64,000 bases of DNA from Pseudomonadota bacterium (GCA_023386645.1 JAEWJI010000007.1:4243-68242), one strand, 5' to 3'; shown: positions 27,424 to 37,358, counted from the stretch's first letter. Translations and numbers: made by a program. Notes: generated from the letters alone by a model not told the origin.

Positions 27424-28239
27424 CTATGCGGCCCGTCGGATCGCGGCGGGGGCCTTGACGTAAAGGCCTTCACGGCCGCCGACGGGGCTGAAGGCGACGG
27501 TGTCGGCTTCCAGCCTTTCGTCGGGTCCGAGCACCAGGCAGCCGTCGTCGACCAGCCGCCGCTCCAGCGCCTCGACCACCCGGCCGCGTCGGGTCGGGTC
27601 CATGTCCTTGAGCACATGGCGGCAGAAGATGATGTCGAACCGCCCCGCGCCCTCGGCCTCGTCCAGCAGGTTGGCGCGATAGAAACGCACGGCGGCCTTC
27701 AGGTCGGGCTTTGCGACCCAATGGTCCTCGAGCGGCTCGAACCAGCGCAGCATGGTCCGCGCCGACAGACCGCGCTGGATCTCGAAACCGGTGTAGGCGC
27801 CGAGCTTGGCCCGTTCGATCCCGCGCGCCGACAGGTCGGTGCCGACGATGTCGACGGGGATCGCCGCGTCCAGCGCCGCCATCGCCACGGAATAGGCCTC
27901 CTGTCCCGTCGAGCACCCCGCCGACCAGACGGTCACGGGCGCCGCGCCGCGCGCCCGGGAGACCGCGGGTAGGAGCTCGTGGGCGAAGACGTCGAAGGGC
28001 TTGCGGTCGCGCCGGAACCAGGTCTCGGCGTTGAGCAGGGCCTCGATGACGGCCCAGCCGAGCGAGGCGACCGGCTTCTCCCACAGGCTCGCCAGCATGG
28101 CGTCGACGCTGTCGAACCCCTCGCGCCGCGCCACCGGCCCCAGGCGGTGCCTGGCCAGCTGGGCCCGGTCGCGGGTCAGGCGGAAGCCCGCGCGCGAGGC
28201 CATCAGGGCCTGCAGCTTCTCGAAATCGCCGTCGGTCAC
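27424..28239 (-). CDS. cheR: CheR-type protein-glutamate O-methyltransferase
   Basis: All-alpha N-domain, then the SAM-binding VWSAGCSTGQEAYSVAM. The GTG start overlaps the upstream stop (GTGA). Confidence 0.88.
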   Translation of the reverse strand: MTDGDFEKLQALMASRAGFRLTRDRAQLARHRLGPVARREGFDSVDAMLASLWEKPVASLGWAVIEALLNAETWFRRDRKPFDVFAHELLPAVSRARGAAPVTVWSAGCSTGQEAYSVAMAALDAAIPVDIVGTDLSARGIERAKLGAYTGFEIQRGLSARTMLRWFEPLEDHWVAKPDLKAAVRFYRANLLDEAEGAGRFDIIFCRHVLKDMDPTRRGRVVEALERRLVDDGCLVLGPDERLEADTVAFSPVGGREGLYVKAPAAIRRAA

Positions 28240-28610
28240 GGGACGGCCCCCACCTCTTCCAGCTTCGACTGCAGGATCTCGCCGTCGAAGGGCTTCATCA
28301 CATAGTCGTCGGCGCCGGCGTCCAGGGCCTCTGCGATGCGGTCGGGATGATGCTCGATCGAGCAGAACAGCACCTTGGGGGCGTCTCCACCGGGCAGGGC
28401 GCGCAGCCGCTTCAGGAAGGTCAGCCCGTCCATAACCGGCATGTTCCAGTCCAGCAGGACGACGTCGGGCAGGGCGCCCGAGCAGAAGGCGAGCGCCTCC
28501 GCCCCGTCGCCGGCCTCGTCGACCTCGAAGCCCAAACCTTCCACGATCCGGCGCGCCACCTTTCGGATGATCCGGCTGTCGTCGACGATGAGACAGGTGC
28601 GGCCGTCCAA
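28236..28610 (-). CDS. single-domain CheY-like response regulator
   Basis: Receiver motifs CLIVDD, LLDWNMPVMDG, MKPF. There is no in-frame ATG. TTG at 28610 is preceded by GGGGAGAAGG. The upstream 224 codons of ORF 28236..29282 are Arg/Gly/Pro junk antisense-like sequence overlapping chpT. Confidence 0.8.
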   Translation of the reverse strand: MDGRTCLIVDDSRIIRKVARRIVEGLGFEVDEAGDGAEALAFCSGALPDVVLLDWNMPVMDGLTFLKRLRALPGGDAPKVLFCSIEHHPDRIAEALDAGADDYVMKPFDGEILQSKLEEVGAVP

Positions 28611-28699
28611 GAAGTCCTTCTCCCCAAGTAGGTTATTGGCGCTGAGGTGCTCTTCCCAGTGTCGCAGGTCGGGGGTTAACGAGGCGTTCGGAAAGCGGA

Positions 28700-29356
28700 T
28701 TAAGACGGCATGCGCGCGGTCAGCCGAAACAGGCCCTCGGCCGTCTCGACATCCAGCGTGCCGCCCGCGTCGCGCACCGTCAGCCACAGCCAGTAGGGCT
28801 GGATCCACTGGCCCTGGAGCCCGTCGGTCAGGGGCTGGCCGGCCAACCCCGTGGCGGCCTCGGGCTTCAGCCGGGCCCGGTTCCCTTCCGCCGAACCCAG
28901 AAGCACCACCCCGTCGGACGCCCGATGGGCGCTGATGGTCGCCGCGCCGCCGGACGGCAGGGCCAGCACGGTCAGATAGGCGAGGTTCAGCAGGGCGCGG
29001 GCCTGCGGCTTCGAGAAGTCGCCCTCGGCCTTCCACTCCATCGTGGCCCGCCCGCCCGTGATCAGGCCTTCGACCAGGCCCTTCAGGGTCTCGCCGGAGA
29101 ACCGCTCGGCCGTGGTCGCCGCTCCGAAGGCCACCCGGGCGAAGTGCACCAGGGCCACCAGCTTGCGCCCGCTGTCGGCGATCATGCCAAGCGCATCGTC
29201 GCGCATGTCGGCGGCCGAAGGGTCCTCCAGCAGGTCCAGCCCCGACATGATCGCGCCCGCCGGGCTGATGAAGTCGTGGCACAGCTTGCCGGCCACCAGG
29301 GCGGCGAGCGCCTGGCCGTCGGGAAGGCTCGGGTCGGAGGAGGCGGCGTCGGTCAT
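28700..29356 (-). CDS. chpT: histidine phosphotransferase ChpT
   Basis: 218 aa from ATG 29356. LCHDFISPAGAIMSGLDLLEDPSAADMRDDAL is the ChpT/HPTransfase signature with the phospho-accepting His. Confidence 0.85.
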   Translation of the reverse strand: MTDAASSDPSLPDGQALAALVAGKLCHDFISPAGAIMSGLDLLEDPSAADMRDDALGMIADSGRKLVALVHFARVAFGAATTAERFSGETLKGLVEGLITGGRATMEWKAEGDFSKPQARALLNLAYLTVLALPSGGAATISAHRASDGVVLLGSAEGNRARLKPEAATGLAGQPLTDGLQGQWIQPYWLWLTVRDAGGTLDVETAEGLFRLTARMPS

Positions 29357-29419
29357 GGGATCGAGGCTGGCGTGATTTGCCGGTTCAGAAAACCGGCCCG
29401 GTCCTTTAGGGAGCCGGAC

Positions 29420-30232
29420 ATGCACAGACATCTGGAAGACGGCCTGGCCGACGGCACGCTGCACGACCGGATCGCCGTCATCGCCGAGGAGGCCGCGGCC
29501 CTGATCCGCCCCTACTGGCGCGCGGGCGTCCAGACCATGACCAAGGCGGACGACAGCCCCGTCACCATCGCCGACCAGAAGGCGGAGGCCCTGATCCTGG
29601 AGCGGCTGGCGAGCCTCTATCCCGGCGTGCAGGTGGTGGCGGAGGAGGCGTCCGAGGCGGGGGGGCGACCCGAGACGGCGGCGGACTGGTTCTGGCTGAT
29701 CGATCCGCTGGACGGCACCAAGGGCTTCATCGGCGGCAAGGAGAGCTTCACCGTCAACATCGCCCTGATCCATGAAGGACGGCCGGTCGCGGGCGTGGTC
29801 AATGCGCCCGCGCTGACGCTGACCTGGGCGACCGGCGGCGAAGGCGGCGGGGCGCGGCGCAGGCCCGAAGGCGGGGCCTGGGAGACGGTGCGCGTGCGCG
29901 CCCGCCCCGAACGCGGCTCGGCCCTGCTCAGCCACTCCATGCGCGGCGAGGCGGCCGAACGGCTGGCGAAGGCGCACGGCTGCCTCGAATGGGCGGGCGA
30001 GGATTCGTCGCTGAAATTCTGCCGCATCGCGGAAGGTGCGGCGGACGTCTATCCGCGCACCGGCCCAACCTCGGAATGGGACACGGCGGCGGGCCAGGCG
30101 GTGCTGGAGGCGGCTGGAGGGCGGGTGCTGACGCTGGAGAACGGCCCGGTCGGCGACGCGCTGGCCTATGGCAAGCCCGGCTTCCTCAACGGCGGCTTCG
30201 TGGCCATGGGGGCGGAGGCGGGCCGGTTCTGA
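29420..30232 (+). CDS. cysQ: 3'(2'),5'-bisphosphate nucleotidase CysQ / inositol monophosphatase family
   Basis: WLIDPLDGTKGF and WDTAAGQAVLEAAGG motifs. ATG 29420 inside ORF 28925..30232. Confidence 0.85.
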   Translation: MHRHLEDGLADGTLHDRIAVIAEEAAALIRPYWRAGVQTMTKADDSPVTIADQKAEALILERLASLYPGVQVVAEEASEAGGRPETAADWFWLIDPLDGTKGFIGGKESFTVNIALIHEGRPVAGVVNAPALTLTWATGGEGGGARRRPEGGAWETVRVRARPERGSALLSHSMRGEAAERLAKAHGCLEWAGEDSSLKFCRIAEGAADVYPRTGPTSEWDTAAGQAVLEAAGGRVLTLENGPVGDALAYGKPGFLNGGFVAMGAEAGRF

Positions 30233-31473
30233 CCCTGACCTCGGGCCTGGCTCATCAGCCCGGCCAGGACCTGATCGGCGCGGTCGGCCAGCAGACTGGC
30301 GCCGGCTTCCCGCGCAACGGTGGCCGCCTCGATCAGGGTGAGGCCGGCCCAGCCCGCCTCGCCGCTGGCCTTCGCCAGGTGCGCCATGGCGATCTGGTCG
30401 GCGACCCAGTCGACCGGGGCGGCCAGCTCTGAGGCGGCGAGCCGCCGCCGGGTGGCGGCCTCGACGCCGTAAAGCGCTTCGATCCGCCCGTTCGCGCAGG
30501 CGATCTCGCAGGCGACGCGCATCTCCCGCGCCACCGCCCCCAGGATAAGCTCGCGCCCGGCGGTCAGCCGCTCAGCCTCGCGCAGCACCATCAGCGGGGC
30601 GGCGTCTCCGCGCAGCCCGCGCGCGATCTGAACCGCCGCCCAGTCCAGCGGGCTGTGGTCCGGCGTGAACTGCTCGGCCGCGGCCTCGAACATCAGCTCG
30701 GCCTGGGCGCGGGCGCCCCGGTCGTCGGCCAGGGTCGCGAGGGCGCACAGACCGGCGGCGCACAGGGCCAGGGCTCGCGCCCGGGTCAGGGGCCGCTGCT
30801 CAGCCGGCGCCGTCTCCACCAGCCCGCCCAACCCCCGGCCTGCCTGGTCCAGCAGGCGCACGTCGCGCCTCAGCAGGCCCGCCTCCAGCAGCAGTGCCGC
30901 CTGGTCCAGGCGCAGCTCGTCCAGCTCGGACGCCGGGCGGCCGCAGGGGTCGTGCAGCGCCACGTCCAGCAGGGCGGTGGCGTCCATGAGCGCGCCGGGG
31001 TCGTTCGCCAGCCGCGCCTGGCGGGTCTTCAGTCGGGCGTGCGCCGACGTCAGGGCCGCCGAGGCGCCCGGCGCGCGCGGCGCGGGGGTCGAGCCGATCA
31101 CGACCTCCGCACGCGCCAGCCGGTCCAGGCCGCCCTTCAGGTCGTAGCGAAGCAGCAGGCCTTCGGCCACTGCGGCGGCGGCCCGCGCGGTCTCGTCCGC
31201 GTCGCCGGCCACCTTAATCGCGTCCTGGGCGGCGGAATCGCCCCGGCCGAGGCTGTATTCGTCCCCCGTGCGCCGCGCATGCTCGCGCCACAGGGCGGCG
31301 GCGCGCAGCCAGACGGGGAAGGGGCGGGGGCAGGAGACGCGGCCTGCGTCCGTTGTCTGGCGTCGGGCCTCGGCCTGCAACAGGTCGGCTCCGACCAGTT
31401 CCAGCCAGCCCAGGTCCTCGCTCTCGCGCGCCTGTGCGAACAGTCGCCGCAGCTCCTTGCCGAACTCGAACAT
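30166..31473 (-). CDS. hypothetical all-alpha cytoplasmic protein
   Basis: 435 aa from ATG 31473 (MFEFGKELRRLF). Coding-like composition, no family recognised. The 3-prime end overlaps the convergent cysQ by 67 nt. Confidence 0.55.
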   Translation of the reverse strand: MFEFGKELRRLFAQARESEDLGWLELVGADLLQAEARRQTTDAGRVSCPRPFPVWLRAAALWREHARRTGDEYSLGRGDSAAQDAIKVAGDADETARAAAAVAEGLLLRYDLKGGLDRLARAEVVIGSTPAPRAPGASAALTSAHARLKTRQARLANDPGALMDATALLDVALHDPCGRPASELDELRLDQAALLLEAGLLRRDVRLLDQAGRGLGGLVETAPAEQRPLTRARALALCAAGLCALATLADDRGARAQAELMFEAAAEQFTPDHSPLDWAAVQIARGLRGDAAPLMVLREAERLTAGRELILGAVAREMRVACEIACANGRIEALYGVEAATRRRLAASELAAPVDWVADQIAMAHLAKASGEAGWAGLTLIEAATVAREAGASLLADRADQVLAGLMSQARGQGQNRPASAPMATKPPLRKPGLP

Positions 31474-31574
31474 CGCGTCGACCGTCCCGGTTCGGGACCC
31501 ACGGGCGGGCCCCGTCCTCGACTTGCAAACGCAGCGCCGCGCGATGGGTTCGCGCGACCGGGGAGAAGAGGCCG

Positions 31575-31919
31575 TCAGCCCAGGTCCGGCGTCCGGGCGC
31601 GGCACCGGGCCAGGGTCGCGCGAGCCTCGTCCGATCCCGCGCTCAACCTGCGAACGCCGTCGATGCGGGCGCGGTTCTGATCCGCCTCGGCCGCCGTTCC
31701 CGACTTGCCCGCCGCCTGACCCGCCTGCATGGCCGACAGCGACCAGAACAGGGCGGCGTCGTACAGGGCCCTGCCGTCCTCGCTCTCGCCGCCTTCAAGC
31801 TCGGACGCCGCCTGCGTCAGACCCGCGCACAGCACCGCCTCGTCGTAGGAGACGAGCCGGGGCCCGGCCGGGGCGGCCTGGACGGGGGTCAGCAGAAGGG
31901 CGGCGGCGAGGCCGAGCAT
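31575..31919 (-). CDS. small secreted hypothetical protein
   Basis: Signal peptide MLGLAAALLLTPVQAAPA. ATG 31919 lies 10 nt after GGAG. The track ORF starts at an upstream TTG. Confidence 0.5.
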   Translation of the reverse strand: MLGLAAALLLTPVQAAPAGPRLVSYDEAVLCAGLTQAASELEGGESEDGRALYDAALFWSLSAMQAGQAAGKSGTAAEADQNRARIDGVRRLSAGSDEARATLARCRARTPDLG

Positions 31920-31985
31920 GCGGGACTCCAAAGCGGAGCCGCATCACACCACGAGGTGGGGGCGGAAGGAAGGCCGCCCAACGCC

Positions 31986-33632
31986 TCACCCACGCTCGCG
32001 CGTTTTCAGGAACCGCACCTTGGGGAAGCGTTCGCCGACATAGCCCGTCTCCCAGCTCGACTTGGCCAGGAAGACGGGGTTCTGGTCGATGTCGGCGGCC
32101 ATCTGGCCCCGATACTTGCCGGCGAAGTCGTCCAGGTCGGCCTTGTCGCCGGCGACCCAGCGGGCCTCGGCGTAGGGGCTGGGTTCGAAGATGACGTCCA
32201 GGCCGTATTCTTCGCCGAGACGGTCGGCCATGACCTCGAACTGCAACTGGCCGACGGCGCCGACGATGAAGTCGGAGCCTATCTCCGGCCGGAACAGCTG
32301 GGTCACGCCCTCCTCGGCCAGGCCCTCCAGCGCCTTCTTCAGGTGCTTGGCCTTCAGCGGATCCTTGACCCGCACCCGTTGCAGGATCTCGGGCGCGAAG
32401 TTCGGCAGGCCGGCGAAGCGGATCATCCCGCTCTCCGACAGGCTGTCGCCGACCCGCAGCACGCCGTGGTTCGGGATGCCGATGACGTCGCCGGCGTAGG
32501 CGTCCTCGGCCAGTTCGCGGTCCGAGGCGAAGAACATGATGGGCGCATTCACCGACAGCGACTTGCCGGTGTTCTGCACCTTCAGCTTCATGCCGCGCTT
32601 GAAGCTGCCGGACGCCATCCGAAACATGGCGATCCGGTCGCGGTGGTTGGGGTCCATGTTGGCCTGGACCTTGAACACGAAGCCGGTGACCTCGGCCTGG
32701 CCAGGATCGACCGAGATGTCCTGGGGTTCGGGCGCGTTGCGGGTCTCGGGCGGGGCCTCCTTGCGGGCCTTCAGCACCTTGGGCGGCGGCGCCCATTCGC
32801 CGATGGCGGCAAGCAGCTGGTCGATGCCGAAGTGGCGCAGCGCCGACCCCCACAGCACCGGCGTCAGGTGGCCTTCCAGGAAGCTCTGGCGGTCGAAGGG
32901 CTTGTAGCCGCCCTCGACCAGTTCCAGCGCATCGGCGAGGTCGGCCTGCTCATTGCCCTCGAAGTATTGAGCCGCATCCGCCAGCGGCAGGGGCTCTGGA
33001 TGATCCGGGTCCTCGTCCGACCCTGCGGCCTTGCGCGTATAGGGCTGGAAGCGGCCGGTGCCGATCTCGACCATGCCGCGCAGTCGGTTCCCGCTCTCGG
33101 CCGGCCACCAGATGGGGGAGGGGTCCAGTTGCAGGCGGCTGGCGATGTCGTCCAGCAGGGCCATCGGATCCTGGGCCTCGCGGTCCAGCTTGTTGATGAA
33201 GGTGATGATCGGGATGTCGCGCAGGCGGCAGACCTCGAACAGCTTCAGGGTCTGCGGCTCGATCCCCTTGGCGGCGTCCAGCACCATGATGGCGCAGTCG
33301 GCGGCCGTAAGCGTCCGATAGGTGTCTTCCGAGAAGTCCTCGTGGCCCGGGGTGTCCAGCAGGTTGAACATCTTGGCCACGCCGTCCGAGGTGGTGTGCT
33401 CGAACGTCATCACCGAGGCGCTGACCGAGATCCCCCGCTCCTTCTCGATCTTCATCCAGTCCGAGCGGGTGCGCCGGTTCTCGCCCCGCGCCCGCACCGC
33501 GCCGGCCGCCCGGATCGCGCCCCCGGCCAGCAGGATGTGCTCGGTCAGGGTCGTCTTGCCCGCGTCGGGGTGCGCGATGATGGCGAAGGTCCTGCGGCGC
33601 AGGGCCTCCTGTTCGACGGTGAGTTTCGACAT
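31986..33632 (-). CDS. prfC: peptide chain release factor 3
   Basis: G-domain AIIAHPDAGKTTLTE, DTPGHEDF, NKLD, and RF3-like length. Start at ATG 33632 (MSKLTVEQEALRRRTF). Confidence 0.95.
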   Translation of the reverse strand: MSKLTVEQEALRRRTFAIIAHPDAGKTTLTEHILLAGGAIRAAGAVRARGENRRTRSDWMKIEKERGISVSASVMTFEHTTSDGVAKMFNLLDTPGHEDFSEDTYRTLTAADCAIMVLDAAKGIEPQTLKLFEVCRLRDIPIITFINKLDREAQDPMALLDDIASRLQLDPSPIWWPAESGNRLRGMVEIGTGRFQPYTRKAAGSDEDPDHPEPLPLADAAQYFEGNEQADLADALELVEGGYKPFDRQSFLEGHLTPVLWGSALRHFGIDQLLAAIGEWAPPPKVLKARKEAPPETRNAPEPQDISVDPGQAEVTGFVFKVQANMDPNHRDRIAMFRMASGSFKRGMKLKVQNTGKSLSVNAPIMFFASDRELAEDAYAGDVIGIPNHGVLRVGDSLSESGMIRFAGLPNFAPEILQRVRVKDPLKAKHLKKALEGLAEEGVTQLFRPEIGSDFIVGAVGQLQFEVMADRLGEEYGLDVIFEPSPYAEARWVAGDKADLDDFAGKYRGQMAADIDQNPVFLAKSSWETGYVGERFPKVRFLKTRERG

Positions 33633-33769
33633 GGCGGCGGCAGGTAGCGCGAAGGGGCTCGGAAGTCGACCGAGGGGGGATGCGCAGTCGTACGGGCCGG
33701 CAAAAAGCCTCCATTTCCATGGTCGATGAACCGGGGTAAGCAGGGTCCGCATCTGGAGGAGGGAACATC

Positions 33770-34528
33770 ATGCAACCGCGTCATCTCGCCGCCGCCGCGT
33801 CGGCCGCCGCTCTGGTCCTGGCGGCCGCCGAGGCTCATGCCCAGAGCGCCGACTGCGTCATGATCAACGGGAACTCAGGCGCGGACGCGCTCCTGCCGCC
33901 CGGGGTCACTTTCAACGGCTCCGCCGCACTAGATCCCGGGGAATGGTACACCCTGCGCGTCGATTTCGCGGCTCCCGATCCGGGCAACTACTTCTCACTG
34001 GAGCTCGAAGAGAACGGGGCGGCTCCGGCGGAATTCAGCCAGGCGGTCAGCGGCCCGGCCCTGCTGACCTACCAGGTCACGGCTTCGCCCCAGGACTCCG
34101 TCATCTCGACGGCGGGCTCGACCTCGACCGCGGTCCTTCGCGGCAGCTGTCAGTTCGCCGCCGCCACGATCACCGATGTCGCCGCCGACAGCGGCCCGGC
34201 GGCGGGCGGCACCACCGTGACCATCACCGGCGACAACCTGGGCCAGGTGACCGGCGTCTTCTTCGGCGGGGTGGCCGCGACTTCCTACAGCCTGGACAGC
34301 AACACCCAGCTCACCGCCGTCTCGCCCGCCGGCGCCGGCACGGTGGACGTCACCGTGACGGCCGCCAACGGCGATAGCGTGGCCAGCGCCGGCGCGGATG
34401 ATGATTTCACCTATGTGGTTGCGCCTCCGGTCATCCCGACCCTGACCGAATGGGCCATGATCGTGCTCGGCTCGGTCCTGGCCGGGGCGGGCGGCCTGAT
34501 GGCGTTGCGTCGCCGCCAGATGATCTAG
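33770..34528 (+). CDS. secreted IPT/TIG-domain protein with IPTL-CTERM tail
   Basis: GGAGGAGGG RBS and a signal peptide. IPT/TIG-like ITDVAADSGPAAGGTTVTITGDNLGQVTGVFFGG. Tail PPVIPTLTEWAMIVLGSVLAGAGGLMALRRRQMI. Confidence 0.8.
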   Translation: MQPRHLAAAASAAALVLAAAEAHAQSADCVMINGNSGADALLPPGVTFNGSAALDPGEWYTLRVDFAAPDPGNYFSLELEENGAAPAEFSQAVSGPALLTYQVTASPQDSVISTAGSTSTAVLRGSCQFAAATITDVAADSGPAAGGTTVTITGDNLGQVTGVFFGGVAATSYSLDSNTQLTAVSPAGAGTVDVTVTAANGDSVASAGADDDFTYVVAPPVIPTLTEWAMIVLGSVLAGAGGLMALRRRQMI

Positions 34529-34537
34529 CGGATCGAA

Positions 34538-34566
34538 CGCGGCCTCCGGTCGGACCGGAGGTCGCG
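34538..34566 (+). terminator. GC-rich hairpin after the IPT/TIG IPTL gene (no U-tract)
   Basis: cgcggcctccgg-tcgga-ccggaggtcgcg lies 10 nt after the stop. Confidence 0.35.
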
Positions 34567-34683
34567 CGCCCGTCCTCGCGTCTCGCCACGCCCAAGGGTC
34601 AGGCTTCGTCAGCAGACCGGCCGTTCGGACGCGCCTAGCATCCCATCCTCAGGGTCGCCGTGCGGGCGACAGGGAGGATCATC

Positions 34684-35175
34684 ATGCACAAGCCCCTCGC
34701 CGCGGCCGTGGCCGCCATTTCCGTCGTCGCCGCCCTGCCGGTTCAGGCCCAGCAAGCGGGCGTGATCCGGGTTGGCGACAACGCCCTGACCTGTCAGCAG
34801 ATCGTGGCCGAGGCCGGACAGCTGAGCCAGACCCTGGGCGGCGCGCCCGAGGGCGGGGTGTTCAGCAGCGAGCAGGCGATCAGCGCCGCCACCAGCGTGG
34901 GCATCCAGGCCGCCATGATGTCGGGCGCGGGTTCGATCATCCCGGGCGTTGGTCTACTTGGCAACGCCCTGGGGGCCGCCGCCCGCCGCGACCGTGAGCG
35001 CCGCGAGGCCGAGCGCGTCGTCGCCCGCCAGCGTTGGTACTATCTGAACGGCGTCTATTCCGGCCGCGACTGCGACCGGCTGCTGGCCCAGCCGGCCGAG
35101 GCGCCGGTCGCCGAGGCTCCGGCCGAAGCCGCCCCGGCGTCCGAAGCCGGCGCGACGCCGGCCGATACGGACTGA
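34684..35175 (+). CDS. secreted hypothetical protein
   Basis: Signal peptide MHKPLAAAVAAISVVAALPVQAQ, Gly/Ala-rich middle, RRDRERREAERVVARQRWYYLNG segment. No family recognised. Confidence 0.55.
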   Translation: MHKPLAAAVAAISVVAALPVQAQQAGVIRVGDNALTCQQIVAEAGQLSQTLGGAPEGGVFSSEQAISAATSVGIQAAMMSGAGSIIPGVGLLGNALGAAARRDRERREAERVVARQRWYYLNGVYSGRDCDRLLAQPAEAPVAEAPAEAAPASEAGATPADTD

Positions 35176-35210
35176 CGCGCGAAGCTTCCGTCCCACAGAT
35201 TGCTTTCCGA

Positions 35211-36740
35211 TCAGGTCGCCGGCGCGTCCTGGGAAGGCGCGGCCTCGCTGTCCGTATCGTCCATCTCCGCGCGATAGCGGTCGATCAGGGCGCGCGCGAG
35301 GGCCGTGGCGCCGTCGGGGTGGGGGCTGGTCGCCAGGGGATACAACAGCCCGATCGCCGGGCCGAGCTCGTCGCGCCGGGCATGGGCCTGGGCGGCGAAC
35401 AGGCGCACGTGCGACGCCTGGGGCGCCAGCTCCAGCGCCGCCAGCAGGGTCTCCATGTCGTTGTCGTTGGGGAAGCTGGGAGAGATGCTGCGCGTCTCGG
35501 CCAGCAGATAGAGGGTGCGGAAGTCGGTCGGCCGCTGCTCATAGGCGGCGCTCAGATGAGTGCGCGCCGCCCGCACGGCGGCCAGCAGGGCCTCGTTGTC
35601 GAGATCGCCGTCGCGGGCCGCGGTCCAGATCGCCTCGCCCAGCAGGCGCCGTGCGTCGGCATCGGTCGGGACGGCGGCCACGAGCGGTTCGAGCACGGTG
35701 CGCGCCGCCGACGCCTCCCCCAGCCTCAGCTCGGCGCGGGCCAGCAGCCGGCGCGCGAAGGGGTCGGTCGGGTAAGGCGCCGTGCGCCTGCGGATCTCCT
35801 CCAGCAGGGCCGGGTCGTCCTGGTCGCCGTTCGAGGTCAGGCGCAGGTCCAGCAACAGCAGGTCGTTCTCGGCCCGCGACAGGGTGGTCGTCGTGACTTC
35901 CGCGCGCGGCAGGCTGACCCCGGTGATGATCTTGATCGGCAGCCGAGACCGCGAATAGGCCCGCAGGGTCTGTTCGAAGCGGCCGATCGGCATGCCCACG
36001 GCCGCCTCCATGGCCGCGACCGGGTCGGCGCCATCCTGCATCCGGACCACATAGTTCCGGAACATGGCCATGCGGGCCGGGTCCGAGATGAACCAGTGGG
36101 TCATGAGCCACGACTGGGCGTAGTACATCGACACCGCGTTGGAATCCTGGAACTCCCATGGGCGTCGGGTCAGGATCAGGTTGAGCGGCAGCCAGTTGGT
36201 GTAGGTAAGCCAGTCTCCTCGGCCGCGGCTGACCTCGCCCAGGGTGATCCGCTGAGAGTTCAGCTGGGCGCTGGAGAAATATTCGGCGTAGCCCTCGATG
36301 AACCAGGCCGGAAAGCCGGGCGAGAACGAGCCGATCATGAAGTGGTGGGCGTATTCGTGCAGCAGGGTGGAGCTTTCGCGTCTCTCCCGGATGGCGATGG
36401 CGAAGATGTCGTCATGGGTGGCGCGATAGAAGCCGGCGACGTTCTCGCGCAGCTCGGGCTGCACCTTTCGCAGGTCCGCCTCGTCGCCCACCAGATAGAT
36501 GGCGATCCGGTTCTGCGGCGCGGCGGCGGGATCGAGCTGGTGCATCAGCCGCAGCGCGCTTTCGTACAACTCCAGCTGGAGGGCGGCCTCGGTCAGGGAG
36601 CGGGCGTCGCCGTCGCTGTAGACGATGAAGCGAGTGGTCTCCGCCCGCTTCCATTCCGCCGCCGCCGGGCTGGCGAAGAGGCCCAGCAGAAGCGCGGCCG
36701 CCAGCGCCCCTGCCCAGATGGCTCCACGCATCATGACCAT
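35211..36740 (-). CDS. secreted putative HExxH metallopeptidase with helical-repeat C-terminus
   Basis: GGGAGGA RBS and a signal peptide. HEYAHHF zinc-type motif followed by FIEGYAEYF. The C-terminal third is TPR-like. Confidence 0.7.
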   Translation of the reverse strand: MVMMRGAIWAGALAAALLLGLFASPAAAEWKRAETTRFIVYSDGDARSLTEAALQLELYESALRLMHQLDPAAAPQNRIAIYLVGDEADLRKVQPELRENVAGFYRATHDDIFAIAIRERRESSTLLHEYAHHFMIGSFSPGFPAWFIEGYAEYFSSAQLNSQRITLGEVSRGRGDWLTYTNWLPLNLILTRRPWEFQDSNAVSMYYAQSWLMTHWFISDPARMAMFRNYVVRMQDGADPVAAMEAAVGMPIGRFEQTLRAYSRSRLPIKIITGVSLPRAEVTTTTLSRAENDLLLLDLRLTSNGDQDDPALLEEIRRRTAPYPTDPFARRLLARAELRLGEASAARTVLEPLVAAVPTDADARRLLGEAIWTAARDGDLDNEALLAAVRAARTHLSAAYEQRPTDFRTLYLLAETRSISPSFPNDNDMETLLAALELAPQASHVRLFAAQAHARRDELGPAIGLLYPLATSPHPDGATALARALIDRYRAEMDDTDSEAAPSQDAPAT

Positions 36741-36838
36741 GATCCTCCCTGTCCCCCCACCACCTTAGCCCGGCGGCCCAAACCGACAAGTGTGACGCGC
36801 CGGCGTCTGCAACGAGGGGCTGTGGGAGTTGGGAGGTC

Positions 36839-37255
36839 TCAGCGCCTGGAGGCGTTAAAGGCCCAGGTTACGCCGTAGGGGTCGCGGACCTGGCCCCAGC
36901 GGTCGCCCCAGAACATCTCCTGCACGGGCATCAGAACCTCGCATCCGGCCTCGACCGCGCGCGCCTGCCAGGCGTCGGCGTCGTCGACGTGCAGCTGCAT
37001 CACCGTCCCCTCATGGCCTTTGAACGGATGGCCGTGATCCGGGTAGGGGTCGCTCAGCATCAGCGAGGCGCCGTTGACGTACAGATGCACATGCATGGTC
37101 CGCCCCTGGGGGTCGGGCGGCACGGCGAAGGCGGTCTCGGCGGCGAACGCCGTCTCATAGAAGCGGGCGGCCGCGAGCGCCCCCTCGACCGTGACATAGG
37201 GGCACAGCCCGCCCTTCACCGGCGGCATGGAAGGGAAGTCGGCGATGTCGGTCAT
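36839..37255 (-). CDS. VOC (glyoxalase/PhnB-like) family protein
   Basis: 138 aa. YVTVEG...FYETAF...MFWGDRWGQVRDPYGVTWAF is a PhnB-like pattern. Confidence 0.8.
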   Translation of the reverse strand: MTDIADFPSMPPVKGGLCPYVTVEGALAAARFYETAFAAETAFAVPPDPQGRTMHVHLYVNGASLMLSDPYPDHGHPFKGHEGTVMQLHVDDADAWQARAVEAGCEVLMPVQEMFWGDRWGQVRDPYGVTWAFNASRR

Positions 37256-37358
37256 GGGGTCCTCCTCTCGATGACGGCCGGAGGACGAACGGCGACGGAG
37301 CGAACCGACAACCGGGCAGGCGAAAATCCTTCCCCGGTTCGCGGGGGAGCGGAATATC

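Noticed and set aside
28611-29282. N-terminal 224 codons of ORF 28236..29282
   Set aside because: It overlaps chpT in another frame and has junk composition. The receiver domain begins only at the TTG with a strong RBS at 28610.
29357-29977. N-terminal 207 codons of ORF 28700..29977
   Set aside because: It is antisense to cysQ. The ChpT homology starts at ATG 29356.
31353-33647. 764-aa plus-strand ORF
   Set aside because: It is antisense to prfC and the small secreted ORF. The translation is low-complexity Arg/Gly/Pro-rich sequence.
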